From positions 709-64,708 of the forward strand of contig DAOUEG010000048.1 of the NCBI GenBank assembly GCA_034430495.1: 64,000 nt of DNA, written 5' to 3'. The position numbers were made by a program, and so were the translations under genes. This document shows, piece by piece, positions 1 through 7,673 of this stretch; position 1 is the stretch's first letter; each line of letters starts with the position of its first letter. A model generated the notes under the pieces. The model worked only from the letters and a program-made list of their open reading frames with translations. It was not told the DNA's origin and did not search any database. Source of the stretch: Dehalococcoidales bacterium. GTDB taxonomy: Bacteria; Chloroflexota; Dehalococcoidia; Dehalococcoidales; RBG-16-60-22.

Positions 1-502
1 GCATCTCGAACAGCAGGCCCGTCAGCAAAACGAGCTTGCTCAGGAAGCCGATGTAGTTGCCGATGCGGGGGAAGAACTCCGCCACGCTGCTGCCGAAGGT
101 GGCCAGGAACTTCATCGTCCAGGGCGCTAGCACGAGGAACCCGAAGGCCACCCCGCCGAGGAACATCACGAAAATCCAGGGGATGATGAGAAAGACCCAC
201 CTCTTCTCCCGGGGGGTCAGCGCCGGGGCCACGAACATGATGAGCTCGTAGATGAGGACGGGCATAGCCAGGATGATGCCGCCGACGATGCTGACCAGCA
301 TGATGGAACTGGCGCGCTCCATCATATCAATGGACGTGAAGGTAATCTGCCGCGCCGGGTACTCCAGAATGTCGAAAATCTGCTGGTAGAAAATGAAGCA
401 GACGACCGACCCGATGAAGATGACGATGATACTGACGATCAGGCGGTTGCGGAGCTCGCGGATGTGGTCCATGAAGGACAGCTTCGGCGTTTCACTGCTC
501 AT
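1..502 (-). CDS. tatC: Tat translocase subunit TatC (C-terminal part lies beyond the window edge)
   Basis: Own translation from ATG at 502: MSSETPKLSFMDHIRELRNRLIVSIIVIFIGSVVCFIFYQQIFDILEYP...FVAPALTPREKRW... This is a TatC-like N-terminus with several TM helices. It lies directly downstream of two TatA/B genes. The ORF runs off the window, so it is absent from the track. Alternative start at 472. Confidence 0.85.
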   Translation of the reverse strand, partial: MSSETPKLSFMDHIRELRNRLIVSIIVIFIGSVVCFIFYQQIFDILEYPARQITFTSIDMMERASSIMLVSIVGGIILAMPVLIYELIMFVAPALTPREKRWVFLIIPWIFVMFLGGVAFGFLVLAPWTMKFLATFGSSVAEFFPRIGNYIGFLSKLVLLTGLLFEM

Positions 503-806
503 CGTGCGTTGACCGACCGGCCGGGAGCGAATCCCGGGAGGGTTTCGGCGGGGTAGTTTCAGGGACTTTGGTCTTGGCGGCTTCGTCCTTGGGCGGCGAC
601 GGCCGGTTTTCGGCCTCTTTCCGGGCGTCGTCCAGCGCAATCTCGCGGGCCATGCTGGCGGTCAGTTCCGAGGTAATGCGGCGGATGTTGCGGATGATGG
701 TGCCGAGTGTCCGCATGATTCCGGGAATCTTGGAGGGTCCCAGCACCACGATGACGACCACCACGATGAGGAGAAACTCCCAGAAGCTGATTCCCAGAAA
801 CTCCAT
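492..806 (-). CDS. tatB: TatA/B-family Tat translocase subunit (TatB-like)
   Basis: MEFLGISFWEFLLIVVVVIVVLGPSKIP...: an N-terminal TM helix, a Gly-Pro hinge and an amphipathic helix. It overlaps the tatC start. Confidence 0.8.
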   Translation of the reverse strand: MEFLGISFWEFLLIVVVVIVVLGPSKIPGIMRTLGTIIRNIRRITSELTASMAREIALDDARKEAENRPSPPKDEAAKTKVPETTPPKPSRDSLPAGRSTHDEQ

Positions 807-869
807 GGCGTGTCAGTTTCCCCGGACGAACGCCCGCTCATAAGCGGGCCATCCCTCCGGCCGGCCTTC

Positions 870-1124
870 CTAGGCCTTCTTGACGGTCTTTCTGGTGGTG
901 GTGCGCTTGCGCGTGGTGGTGCGGGAAACGGCGGCGCGTTTCGGTGCTTTCTCCTCCTCTGCCTCTTCTTCGTCTGCGTCTTCGTCTCCGGAGACCCCCC
1001 GTTTGAAGGAACGGATGCCTTTGCCGAGGGCGCTGCCGACCTGCGGCAGCTTGCCCGCGCCGAAAATAATGAGCACGATTACCAAAATGAGAATTATTTC
1101 CCAGGGGCCAATCCTGCTGAACAT
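870..1124 (-). CDS. tatA: Tat translocase subunit TatA (84 aa; the real gene inside the 363-aa track ORF)
   Basis: [43 protein letters not shown] is the canonical TatA N-terminus. It is followed by an acidic stretch and then a T/R/K-rich tail ([16 protein letters not shown]). ATG confirmed at 1122-1124. Confidence 0.85.
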   Translation of the reverse strand: MFSRIGPWEIILILVIVLIIFGAGKLPQVGSALGKGIRSFKRGVSGDEDADEEEAEEEKAPKRAAVSRTTTRKRTTTRKTVKKA

Positions 1125-1271
1125 CTCCCCGCACCTCCTGAAGGTCTTCCTCCCTAAATTATAGCGCGTTTGCCTGACGCCTCCAAGTAAGTCGGTCAAC
1201 AATCTTGCGGCAGACTCATTTTGCCGGGTTGTGGTTTGGTACGGGCCGGGACGAGGGTCTATAATGAACGT

Positions 1272-2159
1272 ATGAGGATCAAGGCGTTTGAAATCCAGGA
1301 GCCCCTGCCGGAGCTGGAAGGGCCGCACGCCATCGCCATGCTGGAGCCGTGGATAGATGCCGGCAACGTGGGTTCGATGACGCTGTCCTGGCTCGAGGAC
1401 GAAACCGGGGCGCGCCCGCTCGCCGAGCTGGTCAAACCGGGCGCCTTCTACGATTTCACCCGCTACCGGCCGATGACCTACTTCCTCGGAGCGGAACGCC
1501 GCCTGCGCCTGCCCAACACCCGCATCACCTTCGCCAAGCGGACGGACGGCCCGGACTTCCTCTTCCTGCGCCTGCTGGAACCCACCAGCTTCGGCGAATA
1601 CTTCGTGGAATCCGTCGTCAGGGTGCTGGAAACCTTCGGCGTGAGCCGTTTCAGCCTCGTCGGGAGCATGTACAACCTGGTGCCCCATACCCGTCCGCCG
1701 ATGGTGTCCGGCAGCGGCTCCCCGGCCGCCCTGCGACGGCAGCTGGAAGAGCTCGGCGTCCGCGGCGGCCGCTACGAGGGGCCGACCTCGATTTGCTCGG
1801 CCATCACCCAGCGCATGGCGGACCTGGACCGCGAGACGATGACCATGATCGTCAGCCTGCCGCAGTACACCCAGCTCGACGACGACTACATCGGGACGCT
1901 GCGGCTGCAGGGCATCCTGGCGTCGCTCTACGGCTTCTCCCTGCCGGACGAGACCATCCACCAGGCCGAGCTGCAGCGGGAGCAGATCAACGAGGCGGTG
2001 GCGGCCGACCCGCAGGTGAAGGACATAGTAGACCAGCTGGAACGCAGCTACGACCTGCCCGCCGGGGAAGACGAGCCGGACGAGGCCGAGACCCCGGCGC
2101 TCTCGCCGCAGGTGGAGGACTTCCTGCGGGAGATGGAGCGCCGCTTCCGGCGGGAGTAG
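1272..2159 (+). CDS. PAC2 (proteasome assembly chaperone 2-like) family protein
   Basis: [35 protein letters not shown]...[15 protein letters not shown]... resembles bacterial PAC2-family proteins. Assignment is from memory of the family. Start chosen at the internal ATG 1272. Confidence 0.55.
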   Translation: MRIKAFEIQEPLPELEGPHAIAMLEPWIDAGNVGSMTLSWLEDETGARPLAELVKPGAFYDFTRYRPMTYFLGAERRLRLPNTRITFAKRTDGPDFLFLRLLEPTSFGEYFVESVVRVLETFGVSRFSLVGSMYNLVPHTRPPMVSGSGSPAALRRQLEELGVRGGRYEGPTSICSAITQRMADLDRETMTMIVSLPQYTQLDDDYIGTLRLQGILASLYGFSLPDETIHQAELQREQINEAVAADPQVKDIVDQLERSYDLPAGEDEPDEAETPALSPQVEDFLREMERRFRRE

Positions 2160-2160
2160 G

Positions 2161-2490
2161 CTAGAGCTTCGTCCGGGCGTTCCGGGCGTTTTTCACCATC
2201 GTTTCCAGCCGCTTGATCTGGTCCTGGAGCACCAGCCGTCCCCTGAGGGTGAGGATGTAGTTCTTGCGGCGGCGCTCATCGCTGTCCCGGGCGATGAGCG
2301 CCTGCTTCTCCAGCGCCGCCAGGACGCCGTAGAGGGTGCCCGGCCCCAGCTTGACGGCGCCTTCGCTGATGCGCCGCACGTCCCGCATGATGCCGTAGCC
2401 GTGGCGCGGCTCCACGAGACAGAGCATGGCGTAGTAGGTGGCCTCGGTGAGGGGCAGGTAGGGGCTGGTATCGAACGCTGGCACGATCAC
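2161..2490 (-). CDS. PadR-family transcriptional regulator
   Basis: [48 protein letters not shown] is a PadR winged-HTH signature. The start codon is GTG at 2490 or, with better SD spacing, GTG at 2484. Confidence 0.8.
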   Translation of the reverse strand: MIVPAFDTSPYLPLTEATYYAMLCLVEPRHGYGIMRDVRRISEGAVKLGPGTLYGVLAALEKQALIARDSDERRRKNYILTLRGRLVLQDQIKRLETMVKNARNARTKL

Positions 2491-2499
2491 CTCCCGACG

Positions 2500-2543
2500 G
2501 TTACTATAACGTAAGACGATACATCGTCAGACGATATAGTAAC
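2500..2543. promoter_or_regulatory. Nested inverted repeat upstream of padR (candidate autoregulatory operator)
   Basis: The outer arms GTTACTATA (2500-2508) / TATAGTAAC (2535-2543) and the inner palindrome GACGAT-AC-ATCGTC (2515-2528) share one centre. The outer arm overlaps a minus-strand TATAGT -10-like hexamer. Confidence 0.45.
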
Positions 2544-2572
2544 ACGTCCGGACGGGAGCCGTCAACCGATAT

Positions 2573-3460
2573 TCAGCTCATCCAGACGGGGCCGGTCGTG
2601 CCGGTTATCTGCCAGGTACCGTCCGTCTTGGCGAGAACGTAGACCCGGCCGGTCCCGTCGAAGCTGCCGACCTGCAGCGCGCCGTACACCTGACAGGTTT
2701 CCCCGTCGCCGGGGTGGATATTGCCCAGGCTGATGACCACGCCGCCGCCGGCTACGGTCATATTCGGGCCTTCGAACGAAAGGCTGTCCATGCCGGCGAC
2801 CCAGTGGATCCCGGCGGAGAGATCGGCCAGCTGCGAGGATATTTCGTCCCGGAGCGTCGCAGCCAGCAGGTGCGGGTCCGGCGCCGCCGTGGGATTGACG
2901 GGCGTGGCATCACTGGTGGTATAAATCAGATACAGGCTGGAAAGGTCCAGCGTGCCGGGCGGATTGTTGGAATCCGTGGTCAGCAGGCGGCGTATCACGG
3001 CGGCGTAGACGGCCGCCATGTCGTCTTCCGGGAGCGCATCGGCCACCGGCGGACGGGTGATGGTCAGCTGCAGGACGTAGTCTTCCGGCGGGATGCCGCC
3101 GGCCTGTTCCGGGTAGGGCTGGATGGAGGCGGCGATGCTGTAATCGAGGAAGGTGGCCGTGGTCGGGTCGGAGCCCAGTGCGGTGAAGGTCACGCCGGCG
3201 GCGGCGCTCCCCCTGGTGAAGCGGACGGTAAAGACGGCCTCGCCGGCGGTGACGCACTGGACGCCGCGGGGGCAGCGGCTGTCCTTGCTGACCTCTTGGA
3301 AGGTGAGGCGCAGGTTCTCGGCGGGCAGGAAGGCCTCGCGGTGGATGGGGACGTCGAACGTCTGGCCGAGGGTAGCCTCGACGACCTGGTTCGAGGCACA
3401 GCCCCCCAGCGGCAGCACCGCCGCGATGAGCCCGAGCGCCAGCAGCAGCAGCTTTTTCAC
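2573..3460 (-). CDS. Hypothetical lipoprotein
   Basis: The N-terminus VKKLLLLALGLIAAVLPLGGCASNQ is a signal peptide plus lipobox (LGGC). The longest ORF extends to 3499. GTG at 3460 gives a normal signal peptide. Confidence 0.6.
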   Translation of the reverse strand: MKKLLLLALGLIAAVLPLGGCASNQVVEATLGQTFDVPIHREAFLPAENLRLTFQEVSKDSRCPRGVQCVTAGEAVFTVRFTRGSAAAGVTFTALGSDPTTATFLDYSIAASIQPYPEQAGGIPPEDYVLQLTITRPPVADALPEDDMAAVYAAVIRRLLTTDSNNPPGTLDLSSLYLIYTTSDATPVNPTAAPDPHLLAATLRDEISSQLADLSAGIHWVAGMDSLSFEGPNMTVAGGGVVISLGNIHPGDGETCQVYGALQVGSFDGTGRVYVLAKTDGTWQITGTTGPVWMS

Positions 3461-3831
3461 GAGCCGTCCTCCGGCCGCCCGGCCATGCCCCGGCGGCACT
3501 CGCTCTTATCGAGCCCGGCCTGCCACGCCGCGCAGCAGTCCGGCTTGACCGGCTGGACGGTGCAGGTCGACAGGCCGTCCTCCCGGGCTAGGAAGGCGCA
3601 GGCGCCGTCCACGTGGCGGATGAGGTAGTAGTCGTTGTACTGCCAGCGGGAGTCGAGGTAGGCGCTTTCCCACTCGTCCACGGTCAGGCCCAGGCAGGTG
3701 GCGAGGCGGGTTATCTCGTGGGGGCGGACCCAGGCTTGGTGGAGGGTGCAGCAGGTGCCGCAGCGGCGGCAGGCCATGGGCTGGTGCGAGGGGGCCAGCG
3801 GGAGGGATTCGGCGTCGGTGGTGCTATCCAT
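3457..3831 (-). CDS. YkgJ-family cysteine-cluster protein (UPF0153)
   Basis: Carries the CRRCGTCC motif and downstream conserved Cys (GACAFL, STCTV), typical of YkgJ/Fe-S-or-Zn cluster proteins. Confidence 0.7.
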   Translation of the reverse strand: MDSTTDAESLPLAPSHQPMACRRCGTCCTLHQAWVRPHEITRLATCLGLTVDEWESAYLDSRWQYNDYYLIRHVDGACAFLAREDGLSTCTVQPVKPDCCAAWQAGLDKSECRRGMAGRPEDGS

Positions 3832-3895
3832 ACCAAAAATATTGAGGGGAGCCCGGCGCGGCGGCCGAAGTTCCCCTCAATGTAGTGTAATTAAC

Positions 3896-3976
3896 CTACT
3901 TCTTTTTCGGAGCGGCCGGTTTGGCCTGCCCGGGTTTTGGCTTGCCCGCGGGGTGTTGGGCACCCTTGTGTCCCAT
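3896..3976 (-). CDS. Candidate 26-aa Lys/Pro-rich small protein
   Basis: Own translation: MGHKGAQHPAGKPKPGQAKPAAPKKK*. A GGAGG lies ~12 nt upstream of the ATG, and a TGTATAAT-like element lies ~100 nt upstream. It is below the track size cutoff. Confidence 0.3.
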   Translation of the reverse strand: MGHKGAQHPAGKPKPGQAKPAAPKKK

Positions 3977-4151
3977 AGCTTGATGCGCCTCCTTTTCTTG
4001 AAATCACCTACTAGACCCGGCAGGCATCTCGACCGGACGCCGGGCGCGTCTGCTGGCTGGGTTACCCTTCTATTATACAGGAAAACGGGCCCGGTAGCTA
4101 GATATTATGTCTAATATATTTCCCCGTACCTTCGGGGGGTGAAGGCAGTCT

Positions 4152-5207
4152 TCAGCCGGAAAACGAGGGACGCAGCCCGGCCGTGGCCGTCTCCGGCGGC
4201 AGGATGCAGACGTTCTCCTGCTGGAGGACCTGGTAGTAGAACTGGTCGCTCGTCGGCACCGGGGAATAGAGGAGCGAGCCGCGCGGCGTCAGCCTGACGT
4301 GGGTCCAGAAGCGGCCGGCGTCGAACCCGGAACAGGTGGCCAGGTTGAAGCTGACGAGATTGTGAGCGTCCAGCCAGGCGAAGACTTTGAGGAGCCCGGC
4401 TGCGAGGTCGCGGAGGTCTTGTTCGGTGAGGTCGAGGAGGGAGGCCCGCTCCGGGAACACCGCCATGATGTCCGAGAGGCGGCCGAGCGGGGCGAAGGCG
4501 GTCAGCCACTCCACGTCTCCGAGCCGGCCGATGTAGCGCTCGCCGAGCTGTTTTTCCCGCGCCAGCAGGTCGCCCCAGTAGTTGCTGCCGTGGGCCGCAT
4601 GGTACCGGTCCGAGGCCTCGAGCACCTCCCGCTGGCTGTTCGTCGGGTAGTAACCCGCGTTGCTCTGGAGGTGGGGATGGACGAGGCTGCCGCCGGATTC
4701 CGGCATGTAGTTCCAGGCGATGAAGCGGTACCGCGCCGCCGGGTCCGCCCGGGCCACGCCTCGCAGGTGGGTAAGGGCCGCCATCAGGGCGTCGGCGACG
4801 AGGTCCTCGTCGAAGGCGTCCAGGCGGACGAAGTGCCGCTCCGGCGAGACGACGACGACGGCGCCGTGGACGTCGTAGGGGCCGAGGTTGGGGAAACCGT
4901 AGGCCTCCCCGATCCGGATGGCACCCCCCGGCACGAGGTCCGGCGGAAAGACGGGCGTGATGCGGGTCACGTTCGGGGGGCAGAAGGGGCAGAACAGCTC
5001 GCGGGACTGGCGTTCCAGGGCGTCCAGGTCCGGCCGGATGATGCGGTCCAGACTGAAGGGCACCAGCCGCAGGGTACGCCCGGTGAGCGGGTCGGTGCGG
5101 AACTCCACCGGCGTCGCGGCTTCCGCGAGCTCGCCGGTGGCAGCGTCACGGACGAGCAATCGCCCCTGGTGGACGGCGGTGCGGAACTCGATGGGATTGG
5201 CGGTCAT
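4152..5207 (-). CDS. Galactose-1-phosphate uridylyltransferase-like (GalT / HIT-superfamily) nucleotidyltransferase
   Basis: Carries an FCPFCPPN zinc-site motif and the LVHPHLQ (HxHxQ) active-site motif. Confidence 0.7.
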   Translation of the reverse strand: MTANPIEFRTAVHQGRLLVRDAATGELAEAATPVEFRTDPLTGRTLRLVPFSLDRIIRPDLDALERQSRELFCPFCPPNVTRITPVFPPDLVPGGAIRIGEAYGFPNLGPYDVHGAVVVVSPERHFVRLDAFDEDLVADALMAALTHLRGVARADPAARYRFIAWNYMPESGGSLVHPHLQSNAGYYPTNSQREVLEASDRYHAAHGSNYWGDLLAREKQLGERYIGRLGDVEWLTAFAPLGRLSDIMAVFPERASLLDLTEQDLRDLAAGLLKVFAWLDAHNLVSFNLATCSGFDAGRFWTHVRLTPRGSLLYSPVPTSDQFYYQVLQQENVCILPPETATAGLRPSFSG

Positions 5208-5210
5208 GCG

Positions 5211-5765
5211 CTATTTTACTATGGCGCTTATCCGCTTGAAAACCTCGCCGCAGCCTTGCTGCAGCATTTCGAAGAGCGCCATCTCCACATTGGTGGGGCT
5301 GACGCCGGCGGCGGCCATCCGCTGGTAGGCGGCGGTTTCGTTGGCGGGGTCGCGGGAGGCGCAGCCATCGGCGACCACGTGGACCTGGAAGTCCCGCCCG
5401 GCGAGGGCCAAAGCGGTCTGGTAGACGCAGATGTGGGTCTCGATGCCGGCCAGCAGCACCCGGCGCCGGCCGGAGGCTTCGAGGGCCGCCGTGAAGACGG
5501 GTTCGTCGCAGGCGGGGAAGCAGGTCTTTTCGATGGGTACCACGTCCGGGAGCAGCTCCCGAATCTCCGGCAAGGTCGGGCCGAGCCCCCTGGGGTACTG
5601 CTCCGTCAGGATGACCGGCAGCCCGAAGACCGCGGCCCCGCGGACCAGCTTGAGGACGTTCCGCAGGAGGCGGTCGCGGTCGTGCATGGCGGGGAAGAGC
5701 CGTTCCTGGTAGTCAATCAGGACGAGGACGGCCTCGTCGGGCGTGAGCCTGTCCGGTATGGTCAT
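5211..5765 (-). CDS. Isochorismatase-family cysteine hydrolase
   Basis: VLVLIDYQERLF..., LLAGIETHICVYQTALAL and VADGCASR are the typical isochorismatase/nicotinamidase fold motifs, including the catalytic Cys. Confidence 0.75.
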   Translation of the reverse strand: MTIPDRLTPDEAVLVLIDYQERLFPAMHDRDRLLRNVLKLVRGAAVFGLPVILTEQYPRGLGPTLPEIRELLPDVVPIEKTCFPACDEPVFTAALEASGRRRVLLAGIETHICVYQTALALAGRDFQVHVVADGCASRDPANETAAYQRMAAAGVSPTNVEMALFEMLQQGCGEVFKRISAIVK

Positions 5766-5799
5766 GCGGTACCTCGCGGCGCGGGGCCTCCGGGCGGTG

Positions 5800-7059
5800 C
5801 TAGGCCAGGAAACCGCCCCTGACCCCGGCGATGTAAATGCCGGTGATGATGGCCGTGGTGATGACCCCGGCCACGTTCGGGCCCATGGCGAAATTCAGTA
5901 TCATGGCCTTCTTGTTGACGGAGTAGGCGCACTTCTGCGCCACCTTGGCCGTGGTGGGCACGCAGGAGACGGCCGCCAGGCCGATGAGCGGATTGAACGG
6001 CTTCTTGGAGAATCTGGCGTAGATGAGCCCGCCGATGATGCCCCCCAGGCCGGACAGCACGAGCGCGATGATGCCGAGCAGGAGCAGCAGCAGGACCTTC
6101 GGGTTGAAGATGACATCAACCCCGAGCAGCGCGCCGAGCGTGAACCCGAGGAAGAGCGTCGAGCCGTAGAGGAGCGGGCCGGCGAGGAACTCCTGGAAGC
6201 GCGTGATGCCGGCTTCCTTGACGGCGAGGCCGAGGAAGAAGGACGCGAAGAGCGGCGTGGCCACCGGGAAGAGGAACGACAGCAGCGTGAAGGTGGCGAT
6301 GCAGAAGGCGAACTTCTTGCCGGCGGAGACGGTCGGGATTTCCCGCCAGTTCATCTCGATGCCGCGCATTCGGCGCGGGATGATGCGCGCCAGGAACGGG
6401 TAGCCGGCGTAGGTGATGCCGAGGTACACGTAGGCGACGATGGTGATGGGAATGAAGAGGTCCGGCGCCATCTGGAGCGAGCCGTAGAGGACCATCGGGC
6501 CGTCCGCCCCGCCGATGAGGGCCGTCGCCGCGGCGTTGCCGGGATGGAACCCCATCGCCATGGCGATGGGCAGCACGAGGATGGTCCCCAGCTCCGCGAA
6601 GATGGCCAGGAAGAAGCTCATGCCCGGCTTGGCGAGCAGGATATCAATATCCGTGATGGCCCCGATGCCGAGGAAGACGAGACAGGCGATGAGGCCGTTG
6701 CTGAACATATAGGTATAGATAGGCTGGAGGAAGTCCACCTGGAGGAAGGCGGTCAGCTCGTCCACGTTGGAGAGGGACGGGTTGATGAACAGGTTGCCGA
6801 CCGGCCCGTGGGCCGTCTGGTACAGGCCGTTGGTGATGGTGCCGCCGCTCGCCGTCGTCACCTCCAGCACCATCAGGCCGGCGTTGACGGCTATCATGCC
6901 GATGCCGAGCGGCAGCATGATGAGCGGCTCCAGGACGTGCTTGTAGGCGAGCCAGATGAGCAGAATGCCAAGGACGACGAGCAGCACCCGTCCCCAGGCC
7001 TGGCTCGGGTCCGTGATGAAGAACGTGTAGATGCCCTGGAAAAACTGTAAGAAGAACAT
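5800..7059 (-). CDS. Na+-translocating decarboxylase beta subunit (OadB/GcdB/MmdB family)
   Basis: 419-aa polytopic membrane protein. MFFLQFFQGIYTFFITDPSQAWGRVLLVVLGILLIWLAYKH...IGGADGPMV... resembles the family. It sits next to a biotin carrier gene. Confidence 0.85.
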   Translation of the reverse strand: MFFLQFFQGIYTFFITDPSQAWGRVLLVVLGILLIWLAYKHVLEPLIMLPLGIGMIAVNAGLMVLEVTTASGGTITNGLYQTAHGPVGNLFINPSLSNVDELTAFLQVDFLQPIYTYMFSNGLIACLVFLGIGAITDIDILLAKPGMSFFLAIFAELGTILVLPIAMAMGFHPGNAAATALIGGADGPMVLYGSLQMAPDLFIPITIVAYVYLGITYAGYPFLARIIPRRMRGIEMNWREIPTVSAGKKFAFCIATFTLLSFLFPVATPLFASFFLGLAVKEAGITRFQEFLAGPLLYGSTLFLGFTLGALLGVDVIFNPKVLLLLLLGIIALVLSGLGGIIGGLIYARFSKKPFNPLIGLAAVSCVPTTAKVAQKCAYSVNKKAMILNFAMGPNVAGVITTAIITGIYIAGVRGGFLA

Positions 7060-7064
7060 CCGGC

Positions 7065-7232
7065 CTATCCTGCCTTCGTCCTGGAGGCGGCCTCTTCAGC
7101 CTTGGCGGGTTTTTTCTCCCGGATGAAGAACGCGATTGCCTTGATGATGAACGTAACGAGCACCGCGATAATCGCGGCGATGCCGTAGGCAATGAGTGCG
7201 AATATGATAGGTGAAAACGAATGGTCGTTCAT
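7065..7232 (-). CDS. Small single-TM subunit (OadG/MmdD-like) of the decarboxylase
   Basis: Own translation: MNDHSFSPIIFALIAYGIAAIIAVLVTFIIKAIAFFIREKKPAKAEEAASRTKAG* (55 aa). It lies between the biotin carrier and beta subunit genes. It is below the track cutoff. Confidence 0.5.
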   Translation of the reverse strand: MNDHSFSPIIFALIAYGIAAIIAVLVTFIIKAIAFFIREKKPAKAEEAASRTKAG

Positions 7233-7271
7233 GTTCGCCTGCGTTTTTAACGATGCGATTGGTCGGACGGG

Positions 7272-7493
7272 CTAGTAGTCTATCACGGCGATAATGTCAC
7301 CGGGCTTGACCACCTGGTCTTCCTTGATGGATATCTCCGCGACCGTCCCGTCCACCGGCGAGGTGATGGGGTTCTCCATCTTCATGGATTCCAGGATGCA
7401 GATGATATCGCCCTCTTCCACGGTGTCACCGACCTTGACGTCAATGCTGATGATTTTGCCGGTAATAGGGACTTCAACCTTTTCCTGGGCCAC
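7272..7493 (-). CDS. Biotin carrier (biotinyl/lipoyl attachment domain) protein, 73 aa
   Basis: The ILESMKMENPITSP biotinylation motif (E-x-M-K-M) sits in a minimal biotinyl domain. Confidence 0.85.
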   Translation of the reverse strand: MAQEKVEVPITGKIISIDVKVGDTVEEGDIICILESMKMENPITSPVDGTVAEISIKEDQVVKPGDIIAVIDY

Positions 7494-7673
7494 TTTCGGA
7501 CTCCTCTCTCAACGCCGGAGGTCGTAAACGATGAAGGGCGAAAGGCCCGATTAACGAACCCTTCGCCCTATTATACTTGATTGTCGTGCCCAAGTCACGC
7601 GCAAAGATATGCGTGAATCGTCGCTCAAAGCGGGAAACGAGGTGCCCGGGTCAGGCGCAGACCGGCGCGTGAA

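Noticed and set aside
6644-7192. 182-aa minus-strand ORF overlapping the decarboxylase beta gene start and the small subunit region.
   Set aside because: It is an Arg/Pro/Ser-rich out-of-frame shadow. The 55-aa TM protein in another frame (7065-7232) plus the beta subunit explain the coding signal.
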